This document shows positions 48,774 to 62,321 of a stretch of DNA of 64,000 nt, in pieces. Made by a program: the position numbers and the translations under genes. Source of the DNA: Octopus sinensis. Lineage: Eukaryota. The notes below the pieces were generated by a model, which saw nothing but the letters and a program-made list of their open reading frames with translations, was not told the origin of the DNA and searched no databases. Numbering within the stretch: the stretch's first letter is position 1; every line of letters begins with the position of its first letter. The stretch is from positions 32,488,001 through 32,552,000 of the forward strand of contig NC_043001.1 of NCBI RefSeq assembly GCF_006345805.1, given 5' to 3'.

Positions 48774-50663
48774 CACCCTAATGGGAGCCTTAACTCCCAA
48801 ATTTTAGTCATTTCTTTTATGATCCAAAACTAGGTCAAAAGTACTGAATGGATCTTTATGAAATTTGGAAATTATATTCTAAGCATAAGGGCCATACCCC
48901 CCATGACAATTCATATATTTTTGCTGTTGATGAAATTTTAACCATAGATATTAGACACAAATGAAGTAATATTTATAAAATTTCATCTTCTTACAAAGTT
49001 AGAAAGACCCCTCCATGGGGACTTAACACCCACAATTTTGTCATTTTATCTAAGCAAAAACGAATACAGTTGTGCTCTTGGAAGCTGTAGGGTTACCCGA
49101 GCATAAAAGTTGGGCATTACTTCTAATTCAATGGTGCAACAGTGTAACAGTTTGCTTTGACATACACTTAGATTGTGATTTCTGCAATGTAGTGCATAAA
49201 TTGTGAAGTAAATGAGAGGCATCTTTGTCTCCACTGATTCAGTTGCAAAGTGTTGAGTAAAGTTATTTGATTACAGGCCTCCTTTCAGTCTTTTTATTAT
49301 CACTCGGTCACACATAGTCCCCTGGTGGTAACATTGATTCCCAGATGAGTGACTGGTTATTCAAAGACATTTATAGATTTTAAATTCATTCTGTCCAGTT
49401 ACGTATCAGTATAGTGGTCATTTGCAAACTCCAGATGTGACACTTTAATTTCTCCTAAGCCCTCACGTCACACAGTTGTTAATGTTGATTTCAGTTGGGT
49501 CACGCCCTTCCAATTGCTATAGATTCGTAATGCATCTTACGGCTGTGCCTGTCACCTGGATGGTGAGGAATCCTACATTGGGAGTGGTAACGACTAGGGT
49601 AGGGTTACTGACTGCTTATTGTGATCATTCGTCTTTTGGTTTCCGTGTGGCACGATTACAATTTTTTTAGGGTGTGTAAAGAGGGAAATAACCCTCATCT
49701 GCAATTTTGATGAAATTCGAAACGTAGATATTCCAGTTCATTCAGAATATATAACAGTCTAATTCTTCAATTGAATGTAACCGGGCAACGCCGGGTATCT
49801 CTGCTAGTAATTATATATATATATTATATATATATATATATATATGGTAGTTGTATGTGTCAGAAAAGTTTGTAACTGAAATTACAAAACCATATCTAAT
49901 AGATTAGCACTTACTGACTGGCCGTACGCCCTAATTTTTGTTCTTAGTCACAGTAGTTCTGAGTAGTTGCTCTGTATTTCTCTCTCTCACTCCCTCTCCC
50001 TCTCTCTCTCTCACTCCCTCCCTCCCTCTCCCTCTCCCTCTCTCTCCCTCTCCTTCTCTCTCTCTCTCTCCCAAACACACACACACACACAGAAACACTT
50101 ATACATAAGCACCAGAAAATATATGCGCCTGTTGCGCTCCTTCAGGTAGGTAATTTAGATATCTTCTTTATATGAACGATTCCATGTTTCACATGTATAT
50201 GAAAGATACTAGGAGTTTTCGTCAGGGTGACTCAAATTAATAAGTACGCGCTCTGAGTGTTCAAACTGGTATGCCCTAAAATTCCAATTTGAACTGCAGT
50301 TGAAGATTTGAGTTTGTGATTACATTTTCTAAAGAGACTGGAAGTGTCTTCACATTGAGTCAGTTGGTATAGATTAAAGCAGAAAAGAAAAGGCAATCAG
50401 TTTAGCAAGACTTGACTAGGACAGCTAACATAAATGTCATTACCAAGTATTTTCTGCATGTTGATTCGTTAGCTACTGCACGCATTTTTTTTCTCTCCTT
50501 CTTTCTGTGTTTTTTTTCTCTCTGTGTATCTTTCTGTTGAAGAGCGTAGGCTCGAAACGTTAAAGACTTGTTTTATTTATATTTCCTGAGCGCCATACTA
50601 ATACAATTGTTCGTTTGTTTTCCACCTGCCTTCGTCTTTTGTCTATTTTCATAAAGCTTCCCG

Positions 50664-50703
<40 letters not shown>

Positions 50704-52166
50704 CAGTATGTGCGTGTATAATGACTAGCGCATACATTTCCACAATTCTCAACTGATTTTCTCCAAATGTTACACACGCATAAGTTATGTACCAAGGATA
50801 GTCATGCACTATAACATTTTGCCAAGAACTCCCACGTAATTAGACGTAAATGGACATAGGTTTTGTATGTAGGGTCTTCCATACTTTTTTAATCTGTATA
50901 TATATATATATATATATGTAAAAGGCAGGATGTGTGTGTGTGCGTGAATGTAGTTTATGCACGTCCACAAATTAGCACGCATGTCGCTCCAATTTTAGGA
51001 TGACTTTCGTCACGTCCCTAGCTGTATTTTCGTCAAATTATTTTACCCGGAGGCACCAGCGAATAGCGGTAAAAATAAATTTTCGACCTTATCTTAAAAA
51101 GAGATGTTGCAAGGTATAATATAGCAAGGTATTTCAAAATTGGTGAAAACATATTTGTTAGAAAAACGAAGTTGCGAAGATGGTGTGATTACCGAACGCA
51201 AGGGCAAAATGCTATACTTGGTAAAAGAAAGAAAAAGGTATACAAGAGACACATGAACCAACTAAAAAAAATTCGCGAATCCAAGGGAATGGAAAAAAAC
51301 AATGGATTGGTTATATGGTACTTTTCAAATGCCAACACCGCTACAAATAATTGAACCCAGACGCAGAAGCGAAAGAAAAAGAAAATGTACGGAGTTCCTG
51401 GAAGTGTATACCAAACAAAAAGAATATTAAACGTGTAATTGTATGAAAAAACTAAAAAAATGGAGGTGTGGTGAACTAAAAATTATTGCTTATAAAAAGA
51501 AATAAAATTACAGCTCCTAAGAAGAAAAGGGAGATGTTATGGGGATAATAGTAGTAATGGAACACCTTTCCCACGTAACGAGTGGTATGTGGGGTCGTTA
51601 CAAAGACCGAGACGTCGAGCAGTCGGTGTAATCGGTCATAGATAGTCGTGTCTTATTTGTCTAACTGACTATACTCCTATACTGGGACTTTATAACTGTC
51701 TGACGTTGGATTACTACAGTATGTATGTATGTATGTATGTATGTATGTATGTATGTATGTATGTATGTATGACCGCATGTGCGTGTATGAATGTATGTAT
51801 CTAAATTGTAACCTGATTCACCGGAGCACAATTTCGTCTTTACGATTGGAAAGAAAATTACAAATAATTCATCTCGGTATCATGAGGAACACAGGTTGCA
51901 TACACACATGCACACTTGTATTACACTCGCACACGCGCGCACGCACACATATATATATGCGCACGTGCGTAAATATGTACACACATATACAGACACTCAC
52001 ACAGACATATAGATATGTATTATGTATGGATGGATGGATGCATATAAACTAAATCCAAGAACAAAACAACAAAGTGAAATGCAGCAAAAATCAATTGGAC
52101 GTACATAGTGGATATACATACATACATACAAATACATATATGTTTAATATATGTACATATATACAT

Positions 52167-52235
<69 letters not shown>

Positions 52236-52236
52236 C

Positions 52237-52277
<41 letters not shown>

Positions 52278-52811
52278 GTACACGTGTGTCTACAAACCTA
52301 TATCCCTATATTAAGCAACCACGTATTTATAATATACATACATATGTGTGTTTCTGTATATGTATATATATATATTATATATATATATATATATATTATA
52401 TAATATATATATATATATATCTATATATATATATATATATATACATACATAGTTTGTGTTTTGCATAAAAGGCATAGTTAATGGATGATCAGTTTTATTA
52501 ATTATTGAGAATTCTTGCTGCCGAATTTCTGGCTAATTCCAATAGGTCACTGCTTAGTTTAATATCTAAATTTCTCGACAATGGAGAAACAGCTGGTTTC
52601 TGATCTACATCCAAGACTCCTTCGCTGGAATTTCAAAAGCATCAGTAAATTAGTTCTGCATGCATATGTGTGTATGTGTAAGTATTTGGAGTCTTTGTAT
52701 AAGTAATTCTGTGTTTTATATTTGCTGCATTTATCCTCATATTTAATGTTGCATATCTAGACATGCGTACGTATACGTCACTGTATAGGCCAGACTATCG
52801 GATGTGGTCAT

Positions 52812-53230
52812 ACACTGCTGTGGTATCAAAAAGTTCACGGACTAGTTATGTTTAATAAAAAATAACTCATTTATCTCAATTTTAACGTCACTCTCCTTCG
52901 AAAGAGTCACCTTACACAACAATACACCGGTCTCAGCATTCCTGCTACTTTTGGAATCCAAAGTCGTTTTCAGTGAGTCGAGGACCTTCTGTAATTCGTT
53001 CTGAATGTCGACAATGGTATTAAAATGGCGACTTTTGAGCTGTATTTTGAGAACAGATGGAAGTCCGCAGGTACTACATCTGGCGAATGGATTGGGTGTC
53101 GCTTTGGGCAAGAAACTCACTAGAAGAAATCGGTGACAGAATGCATTGTTGTGAAGAATTTAATTCACAGATCCAGGCGCTTTCACTGAATGCCCTCCAC
53201 CAAGCGATTCAAAACGTCGCAGTAGTACTG
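52812..53230 (-). mobile_element. mariner fragment
   Basis: TIR-like GTGGTATCAAAAAGTTCACGGACT; peptide LKSRHFNTIVDIQNELQKVLDSL. Confidence 0.7.
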
Positions 53231-53273
53231 TCGATTGACGGTCTGGCGTGCTACAGAGCTAGACCTGTATATA

Positions 53274-54070
53274 TACAAGGTGCGGTGAATATATTGTCGT
53301 CTTATTAAAGCAACAATGAAAATAGTACTGACATCACATTTTAACAGATATATTTACCAAAATTACATAAAAATATCTTGAAATGATAACGAGCAAATTT
53401 ATTCAAGAAAATCGCCATTGGATTCAACCATGGCCTCCAGCCAACTTTGGAATCTCTCGTAACTCTTCTGGACGGTCTTTTTAAGTTAGTGAATGCTGCC
53501 ATAATACTTGCCTTCAGTTCATCTTTGGTGTTTTCAAGGAGTTTTGTTGGTCTTTCGCTCAACTGTACTCCACACGTAATAATCAAGGAGGTTATAGTGT
53601 GGGGAGTTAGGTGGCCAGATATTAGTGGTGATATGGTTGCAGAAATTGTCTAACAGTCATGACTGGGTTCTCCTGCTTGTGTGGCATGGTGCAAAGTCAT
53701 GTTGCCAGACATAAGGTCTTCCAACAGCCACCTTCTTGACCCAGGACAGCACTACCTCCTCCAGACACGTGATGTTGACCTCCGTGTTGAGTCTGAGATC
53801 GTATAAGAAGATGAATGGAGACATAACGTAGCCATCACTACTGATCACTCCAGACACCATGATGTTGACTGGATGTTTGATTTTTATCACTCTCGCTACA
53901 TGTCCTCAGACTGCACTGTCCTCAGATCGACATCCGAGTACTCTGAAATGTTCGTATTGGAACTTCCAACGCGAATGCCAAGTAGTACAGCATGTCGTTT
54001 CCAAATTTCAAACGGAGTGAATTGCATCATGGTGCTGTTTTTCTCACAGGCGGTACCCAACTGACCCTAC
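53274..54070 (-). mobile_element. Tc1-like transposon remnant
   Basis: Contains KHPVNIMVSGVISSDG...WQHDFAPCHTSRRTQS and TKDELKASIMAAF. Confidence 0.75.
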
Positions 54071-54159
54071 TATACGTTGTAGTCGACAGAAACAAAAACA
54101 AAATATGCGCATGCACAAAATTGAAAATATAAAATGGCGACAATTTAGCCATCGCATCT

Positions 54160-54191
<32 letters not shown>

Positions 54192-54443
54192 TAATATATT
54201 ATATATATATATATATAATATAATATATATATATATATATATACATATATAAAATATACAACATGGGACAAGAACACAAACATTCGGACAGCTAGGTGAT
54301 ACAAAAAGGGATAACAAAACATCCAGATAGACGAAACAAAGACAAGGACGGGTCATTCGAAGTTTTCTTTCCTCAGTCAGCACCAGATTATCCTCGCAAT
54401 TTCGACTGATTATATATATATATATAAATATATATATATATAA

Positions 54444-54516
<73 letters not shown>

Positions 54517-54531
54517 TTATATATATATATA

Positions 54532-54572
<41 letters not shown>

Positions 54573-55322
54573 CAGAGGGAGGGAGAGAGATAGAAAGGGA
54601 GAGAGAGAACGGGGGAAAAGAGAATGATGGGGGAAGCATAATTGATTGATTCTTAGAGATTTGTGTCAATATGAATGTGAATGTGTGCTACTGTATCTAT
54701 CGTATATATCATGTACACGCACACATACGCGCGCACACACACGCACCACACACACGCACGCGCGCACGCACACACACACACACAGTAGTTTATTGCAATC
54801 ACGTATATTTAGCAACGCATCCACATATCTTATACTTCAAATTCTTGCACCTTGAACGTACGGCCAAAGAATGTAACAGACTGCTACGCATACACACGCA
54901 CTAATAACCATTCATACACATAAAAGCAAGCACAGAGAGAGAGAGAGATAGAGGGAGGGAGGAGGGAGGGAGGGAGGGAGGGAGGGGAGGGAATCGTCGA
55001 CGTTGCCATCGGAAAACTCCGCTTCTCTAAGTGACGTCATGCCAGACTCATGAGTCGGTCTTTCATTCATAATTTACACTTCACCTATTCATGATTACAG
55101 CTGTTCGTTTTCTCACTATTGATTCAAGCGTTCAGGTCACTTTCCCTTGGGAGGCTGACATACATACTCGCATACTTTAATCCGAAGCTCTTCAACACGT
55201 TTCCTTGTAGACATATCATACACAAACACGCACACATACACACGCACGTGTGCACGCGCGCACGCAAAGAGCATAAGCCTACTTTCATTTTAGCGTGCAT
55301 TCATATATGTGAATCCTCATAC

Positions 55323-55765
55323 ACTTTACTCTTTTACTTGTTTCAGTCATTTGACTGCGGCCATGCTGGAGCACCGCCTTTAGTCGAGCAAATCGACCCC
55401 GGGACTTATTCTTTGTAAGCCCATTACTTATTCTATCGGTCTCTTTTGCTGAACCGCTAATTGACGGAGACCTAAACACACCAGCATCGGTTGTCAAGCA
55501 ATGCTAGGGGGACAAACACACACACACAAACACACACACATACACATATACATATATATATATATATGTATATGTATCTATATATATATAATATATATAT
55601 ATATATATACATATATATGACAGGCTTCTTCAGTTTATGTCTACCAAATCCACTCACAAGGCATTGGTTGGCCCGGGGTTATAGCAGAAGACACTTGCTA
55701 AAGATGCCGCAGTGGAACTGAACCCGGAACCATGTGGTTGGTTAGCAAGATACTTACCCACACCC
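55323..55765 (-). mobile_element. SINE family 1 copy
   Basis: Same structure as the other family 1 copies. Confidence 0.85.
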
Positions 55766-55889
55766 ACCACCTACACCTTATGTTCATAACAAGGAAATAA
55801 TAATAATAATAATATAATGATAATATATAATAATAATAATAATTAATAATAATAACAATAATAATAACAATAATAAAAATAATGGTTTC

Positions 55890-56090
55890 AAATTTTGCCT
55901 CAAGAGCTGCACATTGTGGCGAGGGGATGACTCGATTACATCGATCCCAGTATTTCATTGGAACTTAATTTATCGATCCTGAAAAGATGAAAGGCAAAGT
56001 CGACCGCGGCGGAATTTGAACTCAGAACGTAGCGACGGGCGAAATACCGCTAAGCATTTCGTCCAGCGTGCTAACGATTCTGCTAGATTA
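55890..56090 (-). mobile_element. SINE family 2 copy
   Basis: Head, central domain and alternative tail. Confidence 0.75.
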
Positions 56091-56098
56091 ATGATAAC

Positions 56099-56171
<73 letters not shown>

Positions 56172-56220
56172 ATTATTATTATTATTGTTATTATCATTAT
56201 TATTATCATTATTATTATTA

Positions 56221-56610
56221 TGCGTAGCTGTTTAGTAAGAATATTGCTTCCCAACCACATAGTCCCGGGTTCAGTCCCATTGCGTGGCACCTTGGGCAAG
56301 TGATTTCTACTATCGTCTCGAGCCGATCAAAGCCCTGTGAGTGGATTTGGTAGACGGAAACTGGAAGAAGCCTGTCGAATATATATATGTGTATGTGTGT
56401 GTGCGCGCGTGTGTGAGTGTGTGTATTACTGTTTGTTCCTCTGTCACCGGTTGCCAACCGGTGTTGGTGTGTTTACGTTCCCATAACTTAGCGGTACGGC
56501 AAAAGAGACCGATAGAGTAAATACTAAGCTTAAAATATGACTCCTTGGGGCCGATTCATTCGCCTAAAATCCTTTGAAATCGGTGCTCCAGCATGGCCAC
56601 AATCAAAGGA
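56221..56610 (+). mobile_element. SINE family 1 copy (diverged)
   Basis: Head GGGTTCAGTCCC, body and tail are recognisable. Confidence 0.75.
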
Positions 56611-56689
56611 AAGAATAAAAGAAAAAAGAAAAGAATAAAAAAATTGTTCTTGACTGGTTCTTATTTTATTGACCGTGAGAAAATGAAAG

Positions 56690-57315
56690 GTAAAGTTGAA
56701 ATTTGGTCCGTCTTTACGTTCTGAGTTCAAATACCGTCGAGGTCGGCTGTGCCTTTCACCCTTTTGGGGTCGATAAATTAAGTACCAGTCAAGTACTGGG
56801 GTCGATGCGTTCGACTGTCCCCTCCCCACAAAACCCAGGCCTTGTGCCTATTGTAGAAATGATTATTATTACCGAAAATTAACGCGGCGAGGTGGCAGAA
56901 TTGTTGGAGCATTTCGTCCATCTTTACGCTCTGAGTTCAAATCCGGCCGAGGTCGATTTTGCTTTTTTGAGGTCAATGAAATGAGCTACACACTGACGTT
57001 GATATGATTGACTGGCCCTCTTCTTCCCCCAAATTTCAGGCCTTGTGCCTATAGTAGAAAGGGTTATTATTATTATTACCGAAAAGTAAGGCAATGAACT
57101 GGCAGAATCGTTAGCACGCCGGGCGAAATGCTTAGCGGTATTTCGTCTGCGGTTACATTCTGAGTTCAAATTCCGCCGAGGTCGGCTTTGCTTTTCATCC
57201 TTTTGGGGTCGATTAAATAAGTACCAGTTACGCACTGGGGTCGATATAATCGACTTAATCTGTTTGTCTGTCCTTGTTATTCCTCTGTGTTTAGCCCCTT
57301 GTGGGTAGTAAAGGA
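56690..57315 (+). mobile_element. Cluster of three SINE family 2 copies; the last (about 57087-57315) has the Tx1-like tail
   Basis: TTCTGAGTTCAAAT...GGGGTCGA...AGTACCAG is repeated; the last copy ends GCCCCTTGTGGGTAGTAA (57294-57311). Confidence 0.8.
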
Positions 57316-57329
57316 ACAGGTATTCCGTT

Positions 57330-57480
57330 CGTCTTTTACCAAGCAATCGCTCAACATTCGAAGCAAAAATACATAGATTCATACAATCCATAAACCAAGA
57401 ATGTGGGATCATATCGTACGCCTTACGATAATCGATCCATGACATGTCTAAGTTACTTTTCCTCCTCTTGTGGTCTCTAA
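57330..57480 (-). mobile_element. Short RT fragment of an R4/Dong-like non-LTR element
   Basis: Translates [16 protein letters not shown]; clade assignment from motif recall only. Confidence 0.55.
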
Positions 57481-57698
57481 GTACAGTTTTGTCTACCAGG
57501 ATTTGGTACTTGGTACCTCTACACTTACGCTTGCACCCCTTCTGCTAATGTGGCAGGACTCTATGTTTTTCCAGATGTCCGTACATTGACTCTGCAACTA
57601 TTCCAGTCAGTAACTTCCACATAAGTGGCAAGCCGGATACCGGCCTGTAATTGTCTACCGTATTGCTTTATTGCCGTATTGCATTATTATTATTATTA

Positions 57699-57744
<46 letters not shown>

Positions 57745-58076
57745 AAAAGTGCCATTGTTATCTAGTGAACGATATTTTGACATCTTGTGTGTCTTCACTT
57801 GTACAAAAAATAAATTTGCCAATCTATTTCATTTTGTTTAATAAGAAGGATTTCCTCCTGAAGATATAGTCTTTAATTTTGACTCTATATCTTCAGAGGA
57901 GTTACCTCAATCCTTTCTATATTAACCAAAATGAAGTAAATTGACAAATTTAGATTTTGAACCAGTTGAAGACACACGAGATGTCAAAATATCGTTCACT
58001 AGATAACAATGGCACTCTTCTTTTAATTTTGACTCTATATCTTCAGGAAAGAGTTGCCTCAATACTTATTATAATA

Positions 58077-58320
58077 GACACCCTAGTCATAACACCAAGA
58101 AATTCTAACTTGTCTGTTGAGGTTTCTGGGTGAGACTTGGCTCCAATTTGTAAAAATGCAAAACAAAAGTCAAATATAATAATAATAATAATAATTAAAA
58201 AGAATTAATTATTATTATTATGTTTGACTTTTGTTTTGCATTTTTACAATTTGGCGCCAAGTCTCACCCAGAAACCTCAACAGACAAGTTAGAATTTCTT
58301 GGTGTTATGACTAGGGTGTC
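58077..58320. repeat. Near-perfect palindrome with about 115-bp arms and an (AAT)n centre
   Basis: GACACCCTAGTCATAACACCAAGAAATTC... and ...GAATTTCTTGGTGTTATGACTAGGGTGTC are reverse complements. Confidence 0.9.
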
Positions 58321-58434
58321 ATATATTTGGTTTTGCACATAGTCTTGTTCTAGAGAATGCTGAAGAAAACATAAGAAAAAATTATGAGTTTGTTTCAAAA
58401 TTTGATATTACACAAGTCCGGGCAAGATTGTTTT

Positions 58435-58645
58435 TGGAAGACCAGTAGTCGCCCATGCATACCGGTCACCCCTCTCCACGCCACCAATGTTATCCAAGGG
58501 AAAGGTAAAGGCCGATACTGCTTGGCACCTGTGATGTTACAACTCATTTCTACAGCTGAGTGAACTGGAGCAACGTGAACGGGATTCGAGCTCACAACCT
58601 CACGATCGTAAGCTCGACGCTCTAACCACTGAGCCATGCGCCTTC
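58435..58645 (-). mobile_element. tRNA-derived SINE, family 3
   Basis: Head GGCGCATGGCTCAGTGGTTAGAGCG...GCTCGAATCCCG is followed by GCTCCAGTTCACTCAGCTGTAGAAATGAG instead of a tRNA 3' acceptor strand. Confidence 0.75.
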
Positions 58646-59173
58646 ACAAGTGTAATGTGCCTTTCAAGTATAATGTATCAAAAACTATATTATCTGATCG
58701 GCTTCCCCAAACCTTCTTAATATCGCAGAGCTGTGATCTGAAAGACGATTACCTAGTAAAAACCAGCCTATAACTTGGGTGGTCTTGAATTACAGTTTGT
58801 TGTTGTTCTTATTCCTGTGGTTGGAACGTTTATTTCTTTTTCTGTATTTTTCCCTCTGGAGACCTTCAGCCTGGCGCTGTTTGCCAAACGCGACATTCTT
58901 TTTTCTAACAGCATCATTGCTGCTTACAACAGAGAATTACACGAATTAGATCTCTCTCGATATACACGTAATGTCAATGAGGCGTAAGAACTGATAAGCG
59001 TTTCGGTTTCTTTGACGTCTTTATTTCACGTAATGCTGGGTACTACAAGTTATATCATTGAATATTGTANNNNNNNNNNNNNNNNNNNNNNNNNNNNNNN
59101 NNNNNNNNNNNNNNNNNNNNNNNNNNNNNNNNNNNNNNNNNNNNNNNNNNNNNNNNNNNNNNNNNNNNNATCT

Positions 59174-59203
<30 letters not shown>

Positions 59204-59204
<1 letters not shown>

Positions 59205-59776
59205 GAAAGGATTAGAGACAAACACTTTCCTCTCTGGTCAATCTCTCATCAACTTCTTCAAGTATCACTTGAAGAGGAAAGTGAGAGGAGAGTGGCAAGT
59301 TTTGTCTAGTGAATGTTTTAAAAAAAGATGGGTGAATGTAGCAAGGATGGCACGTTGAATGACAGCCACCTTGCTATGATTCTATGAACCGTAAAAATTA
59401 ATACAGAGATTTGCTTATTTGCAAAAAAAAAAAAAAAAGAATATAACATGTGACTTCATTGACCGAGGTTACCGTGGTCTTTTCCGTAGGCTTTTCCTTC
59501 CACGGGTAAACCTCACTGTCCTCCCCTTTACACTTCATATTGACATTCTGTGATTACGATCCCTATTGATCAACTTTTTTTTCCTCCCCCCTTTTCTTTT
59601 TTTTCCCTCTCCCCCACTTTTTTTTAAATCCTCCCTTTTTTGTCCTCTTTCTTTCCTTTTACGATCCCTTTTGATCGATCCAAAACCAACCCCTTTTTTT
59701 ACCCCCAAAAGAAAAGCTCTACCTGTAATTGTTCTTCTGTGTGTGCAGCCCTGTGTGGCTATAAAGAAACATATCT
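59204..59776 (+). mobile_element. Family C LINE, 5'-truncated, embedded in (ATCT)n
   Basis: Encodes KGLETNTFLSGQSLINFFKYHLKRKVR...KKRWVNVARM, with (ATCT)n on both sides. Confidence 0.85.
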
Positions 59777-59829
59777 ATCTATCTATCTATCTATCTACTT
59801 TCTATCTATCTATCTATCTATCTATCTAG

Positions 59830-59892
<63 letters not shown>

Positions 59893-60861
59893 GAGGATTA
59901 AATAAAAAGACAACGACAAGAAAACATGACATAGCTATATATATAATGAAAAGACACGTGTAGTATATAAACAAACATGCTAAATACACGGGCGAATAGA
60001 AAACACAGAATGTCATCAATTTTTCATCAGTTATCGCCCACAGGGTCAAACGCAGTTTCAGCCATTAGCCACCTTCCACTATTAAGTGACCCATGAGGAC
60101 CTAAGCGGCGGTGTCATTCTTTTTCGCATTGCCTTCCACCGCACTGGACATGATTTTCTGAGCTCTTTGCCCTACACATCCCGTATCTAAAGTCCTTTAG
60201 TACAGTTGTCATTTCTCCCTCGCGTTACACACTTATACCTTGTCTTGCAGTCCCAAGGCTTTTTGTTCTATATGTATTATCATTATTAATTGTTGTCTTC
60301 GTGTGGGCCTAAGTCTTTATTCTGTGTATTGTTTTGTCCCTCGTCCGTCTACTAACGGTCTTGTCTCGAACCGGTCTCATTTTATGTTTTGGTTTGATTC
60401 CCGGCAAGTTCCTTGTCGGTGCCTTCAGAGTGGAAGCTATATTATCGATAATGGCAAGGCGGCAAGCTGGCAGAAACGTAAGCACGTCCGTCTTTACGCT
60501 TTGAGTTCAAATTCCGCTGAGGCCGACTTTGCTTCTCATCTTTCGAGGTCGACAAGTTAAGTACCAGTTGTGTACAGGACCCGATCTAATTGACTGGCCC
60601 CCTACCCCAAAACTTCGGGCCTTGTGCTTAGAGTAGAAAAGTATATTATCGACAAAGGCTGAAAATGCGTTTGACCCTCTGGCCGATAACTGATGAAGAT
60701 TTGGTGACCTTCTTTCTGTTCGCCCGTGTATTTAGTGTATGTTCGTTTGTCTATTTACTACGCTATTTTGAATTATGTGTGTGTAATATTTTCCGTTTGT
60801 TGTTTTATAATTTAATCCTGAAGATATTATTTACATAACGCACGCACTCATTAATGTTTTC

Positions 60862-60955
<94 letters not shown>

Positions 60956-62298
60956 TTAAAGGATGCGTCCCGATGGTCAGGCGATCCATTTGCTGTCAAC
61001 ACCCGTTAAAAGGAGGGCTGGGCATGCCGTGGTTGATGATGCGCAGACACGCGCTGAGACTGCGACATCTCTGGCTCTATGTAGACGACGGTGAACAGGT
61101 GTGGTCGCCGTTGTGGAGGCACGCTTTCCCGCAGCTCGTCTCCATGACCGAACTGCAGTCGTGGATCAAAAAGAGGCCGAGAAGGGCGAATGGCACCGCG
61201 CGAGTGTCGCGTTGCTCTCAAGCAACTCTGCCGTCCTGGGTCGACCTTAAGTGACTTCAACACAACCAAAGCATTCTATAGGGGTTTAGTGGAGGGGAGG
61301 TACGACGACGAGCTCGGGGCGAACCTGGACGTCGACGAGGAGTACCTGACCCGCCTGTTCGGGACGACTTTCGGTCGGGCCAGGGCCCATGGACAACTTC
61401 CAGAGATCCCTGGCCTGGCAGTGCTACCGAGAAGCGCTACCCGTCGGGTAACTCTACAGACACGGCTCGAGAAACACGGGGCCGACCTGCCCGAGATGCG
61501 GTCAGAGCGACGAAACCGTTCTGCACGCACTCGTTCAGTGTCCAACAATTTCCGACCTGTGGGCTTATGTCGAACAACTGCTGTCACGTGTGGGACGAGT
61601 CGGTTTATCAGCTGAGTCTATCGTCAATATTGTCACGCCTCCTTCTTCAAACGGGAAGGGAGAGCTATTTTCATCATCCTTGTGGCTATGGCGAAAGAAT
61701 GTATCTGGTGGACGCGTCTGAAAGGATTGGAGACAAACACTTTCCTCTCTGGTCAATCTCTCATCAACTTCTTCAAGTACCACTTGAAAAGAAAGGAGAG
61801 TAGAGAGGCAAGTTTTGTCTAGCGAATGTTTTTAAAAAAAGATGGGTGAATGTAGCAAGAATGGCACGTATGAATGACGAAGCCACCTTGAGCATAGTCC
61901 TATGAACCCAGAAATCGAAAACAGAGAGTTGCTTATTTGCAAAAAAAAAAAAAAAAAAGAAATATAAAATGTGACTTCATTGACCGAGGTTACCGTGGTC
62001 TTTTCCGCAGGCTTTCTTTCCACGGGTAAACCTCACCTGTCCTCCCCTTTACACTTCATATTGACATTTCTGTGATAACGATCCCTATTGATCATTTTTT
62101 TTCCTCTCCCCCCCCCTTTTTTTTTTTTTTAACCCCCCTTATTTTGGTCCTCTTTCTCTCCTTTTACGATCCTTTTGATCGAACCTCCCCTTCCTTTTTT
62201 TTTTTTTTTTTTTTTTTTTAATACCTTCAAAAGAAAAGCTCTACCTTGTAATTTGTTCTATCTGTGTGCAGCCCTGTGTGGCTAATAAAGAAACATAT
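60956..62298 (+). mobile_element. Family C Tx1/L1-type LINE, 5'-truncated (1.35 kb), embedded in (ATCT)n
   Basis: MVRRSICCQHPLKGGLGMPWLMMRRHALRLRHLWLY is homologous to family A ORF2. Flanked by (TCTA)n at about 60862-60955 and ATCTATCC...TCTATC at about 62297-62325. Confidence 0.88.
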
Positions 62299-62321
62299 CT
62301 ATCCATCTACCTATCTATCTA

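Noticed and set aside
58575-58645. Functional tRNA gene
   Set aside because: There is no acceptor-stem 3' strand and it runs directly into a SINE body.
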